In this document: positions 53,391-61,905 of the stretch, piece after piece
Layout: each line of letters opens with the position of its first letter
Numbering within the stretch: the stretch's first letter is position 1
Origin: Verrucomicrobiota bacterium
Lineage (GTDB): Bacteria; Verrucomicrobiota; Kiritimatiellia; UBA8416; JBHORK01
Length of the DNA stretch: 64,000 nt
Assembly (NCBI GenBank): GCA_042565725.1
Contig: JBHORK010000005.1
Location: 4,370-68,369 of the forward strand
Reading direction: 5' to 3'
Program-made: the position numbers and the translations under genes
Notes under the pieces: model-generated
Database searches by the model: none
What the model was told of the DNA's origin: nothing
What the model saw: only the letters and a program-made list of their open reading frames with translations

Positions 53391-53851
53391 CCGATGGTGT
53401 TGACATTCTTAAGGAGGTAAAAAACCTAGCAAAGCGCAGGCGAGGCAAGGCTCTGATGGTTCTCACAACCGACTACACCGGCCAGAAAGCATGGGCGGCG
53501 GAACTTGCCCAGCAGGCAGACGGTCAACACATGGATCTTCTTGATCACTTTGCTGCCAACGAGGAGTTGGCGGGGAAAGTGGGAGCTATCAATGTTGAGG
53601 AGCTTTTCGAATTACTGTCAGAGGTCGCAGATGCAAAGCTGTTGATTGTTACCGGGCTGGAGTTTCTGCGTGCTGCCTGGTCAGGTCAAAGCGGTATTCA
53701 GGAGGCATTCTGTCATCATGTAGAAACTTGGGATAAACGACTATCGCTGGTGTTTGTAACACAATTTGAGAAGTTGCTGGAGAACCGGGTTTCAGATCGT
53801 TTTCAGCATCAATTCACATTTAATCAGAAGGATACATTTGCACTGACATGA
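53387..53851 (+). CDS. small hypothetical protein in the BrxB/BrxF position; no Walker A
   Basis: 154 aa, GTGA and ATGA overlaps with its neighbours (translational coupling). LLIVTGLEFLRAAWSG is faintly BrxB-like. TTDYTGQKAW is at best a degenerate P-loop. Confidence 0.4.
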   Translation: MTDGVDILKEVKNLAKRRRGKALMVLTTDYTGQKAWAAELAQQADGQHMDLLDHFAANEELAGKVGAINVEELFELLSEVADAKLLIVTGLEFLRAAWSGQSGIQEAFCHHVETWDKRLSLVFVTQFEKLLENRVSDRFQHQFTFNQKDTFALT

Positions 53852-56800
53852 AGAATAAGGGACTTTTCAGCAGCATATTCCTTGACGACCTCAAAGAAGA
53901 GGTCGCCATGGACGACGCCGGCCGAGGCCGTATGGCCACATTGGCTCAGACTTGGAACACGTGCGACCGAGCTACCTCTGAAGCATTATGGAATTCCTAT
54001 ATCAAGCAAGCGCTCGGTTACCTTGAGTTTGTGCCCGCGCCGACACCGTGTGGAGCCAACCTATATCCACTATACGAGGACTGGGGTTTCCTCAATTGTC
54101 TAGCGGTGCTGTGCTTGGTTGAGCCTGGTGGCGATATTGATGATGACAGAATCGGCAGATTCTGGCCGGGCAGACTTGTTGGAGAACTCAAGAAACGTAA
54201 TCTCAATTGGGGAATTCTCACCGACGGAAACATATGGCGCCTATATTCGCTCAAGACATCAAAGCCCTATGAAGATTATGTAGAATTATCGCTGCTGCCT
54301 TCAATTGAAGCCAACGACGAATCTGAATATGCACTGTTTGAGAAATTCTTCCATAAGGATTCTTTTGCTCCAATCATCGAGGATGATTCTGACGCTGATG
54401 AGGAAGCCCTGAAGCAGGGCGTATATCGCTGTCGACTTGATGATGACATGGAATCCTCCGAGAACATTCTGGAGGAATGGGTCAAAAAACCGCTCCTGCA
54501 ACAAGTGGATGAAATCCTTCAATATGTATGCAACGGTTTCATCTTCGACACCAAGAAAACGGGAGAGGAATACACAGAGGAAGAGCGGACAGACATTTTC
54601 GAGAGCGCCGTAAAACTCCTATACCGCTGCCTCTTCCTGTTTTACGCAGAAGCGCGGCAACTTCTGCCGTCTGAAGCTGACAAGGCTGAAGCCTACTGCA
54701 AGCATTCGATTAGAGCACTGTGTCAAGAAGCGCACAAGTTTCGTTGGGGACGTAGGACGGAAAATGAAGACTACGATCTATGGAACCATCTCAAGGGTTT
54801 AGTTCGGGCGGTGAATGAAGGTGATTCGGAATATGGTGTGATGGGCTACAATGGCGGCCTGTTTGACGACGAGGAAGAGAAATTTCTGGGTGAGCATCGG
54901 CTAAGAAATGACTTTCTTGCTCGGGCTCTGTATCTTTTAGCATATGTCGAGCCATATGACGGCAATCCAGATGACGAGTACGAAATACCCTACGAAGACT
55001 TGGAAGTTCGTCACCTCGGAGAACTTTACGAGAATATACTCGAATTCAATGTCATGCTTGCCGACGCTGACCGCATTCGTCGCCGAACCAAGAAAAGCGT
55101 GGAGATATTACTGACATCAGAAACCAAGAAACTGAAAGGCGACGCCCGGATTAAAAAAGGCGACGTGTACTTTGGGGAGTCAGCTCTGGAGAGGAAGCAA
55201 TCAGGCTCTTACTACACTCCTGAATCACTTGTTCGATTTCTAAATAAAAAAGCAGTCATAGCCCCACTGCGAGAGCAGTTTGACAAAGACTACCGCGAAC
55301 GGTTTGATGAATTCCTTACGCAGATCAACAAGTCCACAGATAGCCGAAGCCAGAGTGCTGCTGCGAGATCTGCGGTCACACTTATCCAGCGATTTGCCGA
55401 CGAAGTTGTTGTGCAATTCACTGTTTGTGATCCCGCTATGGGGAGCGGCCATTTCCTCGTCAATGCGGCCAATCAGATGACAGATCTTGTCGTACAAGCA
55501 TTATCGGAAATTCCTCTGGTTAATGGCCTTGATAACGATTTGCTCTGTCAGCCCAACTATTGGCGCAGGCTCATTACAAGGCATTGCTTGTATGGAGTTG
55601 ATCTCAATCCCCTTGCTGTTTACCTCGCAAGACTATCGCTCTGGCTGAACAGTTTTGCGCGTGATCATAAGCTAACCTTTCTCGATCAGCACCTTCAAAC
55701 AGGAAACAGCTTGATCGGCATTCGTACTTTAGATCAACTCAGGAACATTCCAAAGCGCAAGAAGGATAAGAAAAGAAAGAAGACTGACCAAGAAGAATTT
55801 TCCGAGTGGGATAGGGTGACCTCTTTTTCGGTCGAAGCAGCCAAAAGTATTGCCGATATTGCTACAGTTGATGAGGATGACACAGATCAGATGCATGATC
55901 TTTTTGAGAATGCGCAGAATCAAGCTCATAAACACTTAGCGCCATTAGCCGATCTCCACACCGCCTATCTCATGGATTCGGGTATTGATGAAGATTCTTA
56001 CAGGCAGCTTGTTTCACACTTAGCAAGAACTGGTTCTATTGAGGGAGTTGGCAACGTCGACCTGCTCGAAACCTGGGAGGCTGTCGAGGCGTACAGGGTT
56101 CGGCACAATTTCTTCCACTGGGCTCTGGCCTTCCCGGAAAGCATGGACTTGGGCTTCTGCGCGACCGTTGGGAACCCACCTTGGGATATGGTCACAGCTC
56201 AACCAGCCGAGTTCTTTGGTAAATACGATAAACAGTTTCGCTCTTTAGGGCGTTCAGAGAGTCTTAGAAGAATTGATGAACTTTGCAATGCCCATCCTGA
56301 AGTAAAGGACGGGTGGGCACGACACAAGAGCACCTTTCAAGAGGCCAATGCATTCTTTAAGGAGCCAGCCGTATACCCATATAAGCCAAGCGGCAGGAAT
56401 AATCTATACCACTATTTCCTACATAGGGCTTATGATCTTCTTAAGCCCGAAGGCGTGATAGGCATCGTGCTTCCTGGAAGTTTCAATGCTGACAAAGGCG
56501 CTTCTCCGCTTAGACGCCTTTTCTTTATGAAGTGTTCGGTTAGCGCTTTCTTCTGCTTTAGCAATGAGAAGTTTATCTTTAAGAATGTCCATCATGCGTT
56601 TCGGTTTATTGCCTTTTGTGCGAAAAAGACGGGGAGTACTGAGAGTTTTCGTGTTTGTTTTCTTACTGATCCAAGAGAAGCTGTCCATCCAAATCTGTTA
56701 GACGGTGTTTTGCGAATTCTAGATCGTTCTGGCCTTCAATTATCTCTCTCCACAATAGAGTCTCTTTCACCTGAAAAGCTTAGTATTCTCGAATTCAAAA

Positions 56801-57792
56801 GACAAAAAGACGTTGACCTAACAGAACATTTCTATGGAACAACAGAGACCATAGGAACCGCGACATCAGAGATGCGCTTTAATTTCTCTATAGAAATGAT
56901 GAGTAATAATGATGCATGGCGGTTTGATAATGGAACCCCCTCTGATATTCCTGTTTACGTTGGTAGGTGCTTTCAACAGTTCGACCACAGACTATTACCT
57001 GTAGAAACATTCGTTCCAGAACATTTATTGAAAGATGCTTATGGTGAGGCGGCGTCCCAGCCATGGGAACAATACCGCCTTGTTTTCAGAGATGTCACTG
57101 GAGGGACAAGCGAACGAACTTGCATAGCAACTCTCCTCCCTGCAGGGAGCGCCTGCCTTGAGACTGCGCGCATCATATATCCTTCTTCTGAAAAGATCGT
57201 GCCGGCCAGTAACCTGCAGGCTTATACATTGGGTATCCTCAATTCCTTCTGTCTGGACTATATAATTCGATTTATGGTTCGGCTTCACTTATCTCAGCAC
57301 ATTATGGAGCGTGCGCCGTTTGTGTGCCGTTCATCTGGGGACATGATATTCAGAGCACTCGTCGCGCGTGTTGCTCGTTTGGTATGTGATGATGCTGCGA
57401 TGGAGGGTTTTTGGCATCAATGCTACAATGAAGAGTGGAGCATGTCGGATTTCTGGTATCCGAGAGCAGGCAGCACAGACTATGGCCCAGCACATGAGCG
57501 AGAGATTCGTGCAAATATTGCAGCATCGGCAAAGGATCTAACACGATCTTGGGCAACTGCCTGCGGTGTCCATGACCGTCTCCCGGATCGAAGGGATACA
57601 GGTCCCAGATCCCAACTGCGTGCTGAAGTTGATGCATATGTTGCTCATCTCTACGATTTGAGCCGCGAGGATTTTGCCTATATACTTGATGCTTTTCCAG
57701 TACTAAAGAAAAAAGAAATTAAGGTGTTTGGCGAGTTTCAGAGCAAGCGAAAGTGTTTGGAGGAATACGATAGAATCAAACAGATTCTGTGA
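53848..57792 (+). CDS. pglX: PglX-like N6-adenine DNA methyltransferase (Eco57I/type IIG-like)
   Basis: 1314 aa. KQSGSYYTPESLVRFL, motif I VCDPAMGSGHFLV, motif IV VGNPPW. Long C-terminal specificity region. N-terminal NWGILTDGNIWRLY block. Confidence 0.85.
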   Translation: MKNKGLFSSIFLDDLKEEVAMDDAGRGRMATLAQTWNTCDRATSEALWNSYIKQALGYLEFVPAPTPCGANLYPLYEDWGFLNCLAVLCLVEPGGDIDDDRIGRFWPGRLVGELKKRNLNWGILTDGNIWRLYSLKTSKPYEDYVELSLLPSIEANDESEYALFEKFFHKDSFAPIIEDDSDADEEALKQGVYRCRLDDDMESSENILEEWVKKPLLQQVDEILQYVCNGFIFDTKKTGEEYTEEERTDIFESAVKLLYRCLFLFYAEARQLLPSEADKAEAYCKHSIRALCQEAHKFRWGRRTENEDYDLWNHLKGLVRAVNEGDSEYGVMGYNGGLFDDEEEKFLGEHRLRNDFLARALYLLAYVEPYDGNPDDEYEIPYEDLEVRHLGELYENILEFNVMLADADRIRRRTKKSVEILLTSETKKLKGDARIKKGDVYFGESALERKQSGSYYTPESLVRFLNKKAVIAPLREQFDKDYRERFDEFLTQINKSTDSRSQSAAARSAVTLIQRFADEVVVQFTVCDPAMGSGHFLVNAANQMTDLVVQALSEIPLVNGLDNDLLCQPNYWRRLITRHCLYGVDLNPLAVYLARLSLWLNSFARDHKLTFLDQHLQTGNSLIGIRTLDQLRNIPKRKKDKKRKKTDQEEFSEWDRVTSFSVEAAKSIADIATVDEDDTDQMHDLFENAQNQAHKHLAPLADLHTAYLMDSGIDEDSYRQLVSHLARTGSIEGVGNVDLLETWEAVEAYRVRHNFFHWALAFPESMDLGFCATVGNPPWDMVTAQPAEFFGKYDKQFRSLGRSESLRRIDELCNAHPEVKDGWARHKSTFQEANAFFKEPAVYPYKPSGRNNLYHYFLHRAYDLLKPEGVIGIVLPGSFNADKGASPLRRLFFMKCSVSAFFCFSNEKFIFKNVHHAFRFIAFCAKKTGSTESFRVCFLTDPREAVHPNLLDGVLRILDRSGLQLSLSTIESLSPEKLSILEFKRQKDVDLTEHFYGTTETIGTATSEMRFNFSIEMMSNNDAWRFDNGTPSDIPVYVGRCFQQFDHRLLPVETFVPEHLLKDAYGEAASQPWEQYRLVFRDVTGGTSERTCIATLLPAGSACLETARIIYPSSEKIVPASNLQAYTLGILNSFCLDYIIRFMVRLHLSQHIMERAPFVCRSSGDMIFRALVARVARLVCDDAAMEGFWHQCYNEEWSMSDFWYPRAGSTDYGPAHEREIRANIAASAKDLTRSWATACGVHDRLPDRRDTGPRSQLRAEVDAYVAHLYDLSREDFAYILDAFPVLKKKEIKVFGEFQSKRKCLEEYDRIKQIL

Positions 57793-57817
57793 TAATAGAT
57801 AAGGTCAGGAGCAACCT

Positions 57818-60800
57818 ATGATTAAAATAGCTGACATAGTCAGATTGAAGAGCGGATACGCCAACTTCGTTAAATTGAAGTCTGATTTCGAAGAGGCCGA
57901 AATGAATGCCGGGCGTATGGCGATGTATCGCCCGACGAAAGCCCACCGCAATGCGTTGGAACGATTAGCTCGTGGGCTATATCAGCCTAACGACAAGAAG
58001 TTCTACATGTTGAGTGGTTCTTATGGAACTGGAAAATCACATTTGTCCCTGATGTTCGCAAACATGCTGAGTCACTCAAGCAGTGACCCGGAAATGAAAC
58101 AATTCTTCGATAACTACACGACCCTTGATGCCGAGAAGGGAAAGATGCTCAGAAATGTGCGCAAAGGGGGCCAGTATCTTGTCGCTATTTGTGACTACCA
58201 AACAGGCCGGAGTTTTGAGGAACGTGTGCTGCGTGCGGTGTTTGAGGCGTGTGACCGCATGGGATTGGATGCGGGTGTTCACACTGAGTTCGACGAGGCG
58301 GAACGACTACTTGCTGACTGGGAATCCAAGGCAAAGGACAAGAAGGCCATCCGTAACTATTACGAGGACTTCAGTCAGGCGTTGGAGAATGTTGCGTCAG
58401 GTGTGACTGTTGTGGCGCTTCGCGCGGAACTGAAGAAATTCAATGCAGAAATGCTTGAGAATTTTCGTGTGGCATACAAAGAGGCCCAGGGCGGTACGGA
58501 ATTCCAGGCTCAATCCGGCAACATTATCCCAATTATTGAACGCCTAGTGAAGACCGACGCCTTCAAGGATCGTTTCGTTGGGCTAGCTATCTTCTTTGAT
58601 GAATTCGGCTTTACGCTGGAAAAGGCAGAGTATTCCAAAGATGTGCTACAGGGGTTTATGGAGTCAATCTGCCAGAATCTATCCAACGTGGTGTTTGTCG
58701 GGTGTATTCACAAGTCATTCTCAGCTTATTCGGACAGGTTCAGTCAGGATGATGCAGCTGTGATGACGGCTCGCCTTACTTCGGTTGACCTTTTGAATGA
58801 AGGCATTGAAGAAATCATCAGTGCAATTGTTGAAGTAGATAAATCTGCTGATACATGGAAGAAGGAGATAGAGCCGAAGCTGGGTGTTCTTGATCAACTC
58901 CTGCCAACCTGTGGCACGTTGAAACTGTTCCCGTGGATCGATGACGTACAACGCGTCCGCCAACGGGTTCTGGAGGATATCTATGGCGTGCATCCAATGA
59001 CACTGGCTTGCTTGCTCCGGCTATCATCAGAGGTGGGTTCAGACGTCCGTAGTACGTTTACGTTTTTTGCCGGTGATGTTGGCGGAGAACCAGGCTCGTA
59101 TCTGGAGTTTATCGAACGCACAGGGCTGTTGGTGGATGGTGGAAAACTCAGCCTATATACCGTAGACGGACTTTATATATTTTTCAAAGAGCAGCTCAGT
59201 CCACGAAACCCTGAACTTCGAGATCGTCAGCGGCAATTGGTGAATGGATATGTTGCCAGTACTGATGCGCTTCGCAAATCGATGCAAGGTGAGCTCTTTG
59301 ATGAGGCGTCTGATGAGCACACGCGGTTGCTTCGCACTATTCTGATTTACCAGTTGTGCCAGATCCCTTGCGCCGCTGAGAATATCCAGTTTGGACTTTA
59401 CGCGCTCACGAACCCCGAAAAGAAACAGATTGAAAGGAAGCTGAAGCACTTGGAGAAGGCCGGTGCATTGTTCTTCCGTAGACAATCCAAGACCTATGAG
59501 ATGGCCGTCGGAACCGGCGAGGATCCGTATGATCTCATAGAACAATATTTGAAAGAAGCCTCGCTACATCCACGCAACAAGGTCGACGAATTGCTTCGCG
59601 AAGGTGGCGACCGCAAGGATCTAGAATACCTGGACGCCAAACAGTACAACCTGCATTTTGGCGAAGACAAGCGATTCAAGCGATACTTCGCTCAGGCGAA
59701 AGACCTTGGTGAGCAGTACTGGGCAAAACTGCAAGAAGATTTCGATGCTGCCCAAGCCAAAGAGAAATCGAGCTATGAAGGGTGTATCGTATATGCACTT
59801 TGTGAAGACGAGGCGGAGCGTAAAGTCGCCAGGGATGCCGTTAAGACTGTTCCGAGTGACAATCTAATCGTGGGGGTTCCTCATGATCCAATCCCCTTCT
59901 CTGAAACGCTTCTTCGCGTTAAGGCCTGTCGCCACTATCTCAGTCCTGACTCAACCACAAAACTAAGCGCGCAGACAGAATCGCGTTTGCGCGATATTTT
60001 CGACAATCCTGAGGATGGCTTCTTACCTGAATTGCAGAGAATCTTGATCCAGATCCGAGAAGGAGCCAATTCATGTTGGTACGGTAAGGTGGGAGCCGTA
60101 GTGGTTGACAAGCCGCCACAGGAGCACAAACCCGTTGATGATGTATGCACTTCCTTGTTCGCAAAGCGATGCCGGATAAAACACCCTGATCTGAACTGTG
60201 TGCACGATGATAAGTGGCGGACCGGCAAGAATACGGCACTGAAGCAGGCAATCAGCAATCTCTTGGAAGCTGATCGTGTCCAAATCGACAATGGTAACCC
60301 TGATAATCACGGTGAGAAGAGGTATCTCGAAAAGACCCTATTGAAAGGTGCCGGTGCCTTGAGGAAGACAGATAGTCAAGGCCCTGTGACTTACTTTGCC
60401 TGCGAAACAGATTCAGTCAAGCTCTCTGACGATATGCCGGTTCTCAAAGAACTTCTGGCTAGAATGGCGAACCTCAAACCTTCAGAGACCTTAATGCTGG
60501 GAGAATTCCTACAGGAAGCACGTGCACCAGAGTATGGCGCAAGCGGAACAATGTTGGCGCTGTGTCTCGCTCACGTCGTGCGGGCCTTTGGTGAACGACT
60601 GCGTGCCTATAGGGACTCAACTCGAATGGCTGAGGGCCTCCTGGACAGCTGCGACGATATTATTGCGACAGTAGCAGATCCAGCAACCAAGCTCATTCTT
60701 CAGGTCAGGGATATTTCTGAACCCCAGAAGCTACTTGTCGAAGGTTTCGCCAAGGCCGTGAAGGCTCCCGCACTTAAACATGGTGAGATCCGCGCACTGA

Positions 60801-61888
60801 GCGACGTCATGGAAATGCTATCGCTGTGGTGGCGGGACAAAGTTATGCCGGTGGCCAGAGTAGAGGCATTGTACAAGAAGGCAGATCAAAAGCGTATCGC
60901 TGCTTTGAAAAATGTCTTTGCCAAAACAGAAGATAGTGATCGGTTTGAGTTCATCTTAAGTCTCTTGCCAAGCGTGTACACAGGGGAGCCCGTGGGTGAT
61001 GATATCGCAAAGAAGGATGCAGAATCCATAAGCGAGAAGTTTTCAAGAGACGTTCTTCTGCTTGAGTCGGGCGAGATCAAAGCAAATGGCTTGGTTGCGG
61101 AAGCGGTGGCCAAGCTCCATGGAGAAGCTGGAGATGTCGTGGTCTGCGAGCGCGTTGTGACAGACTGGTTCAAATCTTTGAACCCCACACAACGCGATGC
61201 GTTAAGGTATGAAGACCATCCTGAAGCTCAAACGCTGGTAAAGCTTCTGAGTGGAGGCACCGAATTTCCGACAGCTCTTTTCAGTCTCTTACCCAGAGAT
61301 TTTGGGCTCGGCGAGATGTACGAATGGACAGCTTTGCACACCGATGACTATGTAGCAAAATGGCGCCAAGCCAAGGAAGCGGTGGAAGCGGCCGCCGTTG
61401 TCGTCAAATCTCCAGCGATTCAAGCTGGCGTGAAGGCCAGGAAGATTTCTGATACACGTTTTGAGGTCGAGAAAGGTGGAGTCATCGACATCGTCCTCTC
61501 TGATGGCACAGGGACTATTATCTACACAATTGATGGCGAAGATCCGAAGTCCTCAGAAACAGCCATACGACTAGATGGTGGAGCTGCTTTATCGAAGGAG
61601 TTTGATACCTTACCGCATATCACCATCAAGGCGCGCGCACTGGATGACCAAGGCAACTCAAGCGATCTTGTTTCTGCTGATATTGTCAACAAGAGCATGG
61701 AATATAAAGTTGTTGTCACGCAAAATGACCTCTACTGGAAAGAAGGGGTTTTTAAGTTTCCCGAAGATATTGAGGGGTTAAGATCTGTGATGACGTCCAT
61801 GCTGCAGGAATGCGCAAAACAGAAGATCATAACCGATGCCCAAGCGGGTAAGTTGATCGATCACATTGATCAGGAACTGGGAGCTTAA
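57818..61888 (+). CDS. brxC: BrxC/PglY-like large P-loop ATPase
   Basis: 1356 aa. Walker A at about residue 66 (MLSGSYGTGKSHLSLMF), Walker-B-like AIFFDEFG. Size and position next to PglX/PglZ fit BrxC/PglY (DUF499-like). AGGAG RBS. Confidence 0.7.
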   Translation: MIKIADIVRLKSGYANFVKLKSDFEEAEMNAGRMAMYRPTKAHRNALERLARGLYQPNDKKFYMLSGSYGTGKSHLSLMFANMLSHSSSDPEMKQFFDNYTTLDAEKGKMLRNVRKGGQYLVAICDYQTGRSFEERVLRAVFEACDRMGLDAGVHTEFDEAERLLADWESKAKDKKAIRNYYEDFSQALENVASGVTVVALRAELKKFNAEMLENFRVAYKEAQGGTEFQAQSGNIIPIIERLVKTDAFKDRFVGLAIFFDEFGFTLEKAEYSKDVLQGFMESICQNLSNVVFVGCIHKSFSAYSDRFSQDDAAVMTARLTSVDLLNEGIEEIISAIVEVDKSADTWKKEIEPKLGVLDQLLPTCGTLKLFPWIDDVQRVRQRVLEDIYGVHPMTLACLLRLSSEVGSDVRSTFTFFAGDVGGEPGSYLEFIERTGLLVDGGKLSLYTVDGLYIFFKEQLSPRNPELRDRQRQLVNGYVASTDALRKSMQGELFDEASDEHTRLLRTILIYQLCQIPCAAENIQFGLYALTNPEKKQIERKLKHLEKAGALFFRRQSKTYEMAVGTGEDPYDLIEQYLKEASLHPRNKVDELLREGGDRKDLEYLDAKQYNLHFGEDKRFKRYFAQAKDLGEQYWAKLQEDFDAAQAKEKSSYEGCIVYALCEDEAERKVARDAVKTVPSDNLIVGVPHDPIPFSETLLRVKACRHYLSPDSTTKLSAQTESRLRDIFDNPEDGFLPELQRILIQIREGANSCWYGKVGAVVVDKPPQEHKPVDDVCTSLFAKRCRIKHPDLNCVHDDKWRTGKNTALKQAISNLLEADRVQIDNGNPDNHGEKRYLEKTLLKGAGALRKTDSQGPVTYFACETDSVKLSDDMPVLKELLARMANLKPSETLMLGEFLQEARAPEYGASGTMLALCLAHVVRAFGERLRAYRDSTRMAEGLLDSCDDIIATVADPATKLILQVRDISEPQKLLVEGFAKAVKAPALKHGEIRALSDVMEMLSLWWRDKVMPVARVEALYKKADQKRIAALKNVFAKTEDSDRFEFILSLLPSVYTGEPVGDDIAKKDAESISEKFSRDVLLLESGEIKANGLVAEAVAKLHGEAGDVVVCERVVTDWFKSLNPTQRDALRYEDHPEAQTLVKLLSGGTEFPTALFSLLPRDFGLGEMYEWTALHTDDYVAKWRQAKEAVEAAAVVVKSPAIQAGVKARKISDTRFEVEKGGVIDIVLSDGTGTIIYTIDGEDPKSSETAIRLDGGAALSKEFDTLPHITIKARALDDQGNSSDLVSADIVNKSMEYKVVVTQNDLYWKEGVFKFPEDIEGLRSVMTSMLQECAKQKIITDAQAGKLIDHIDQELGA

Positions 61889-61905
61889 GTTGAGATGGAA
61901 CAGTG

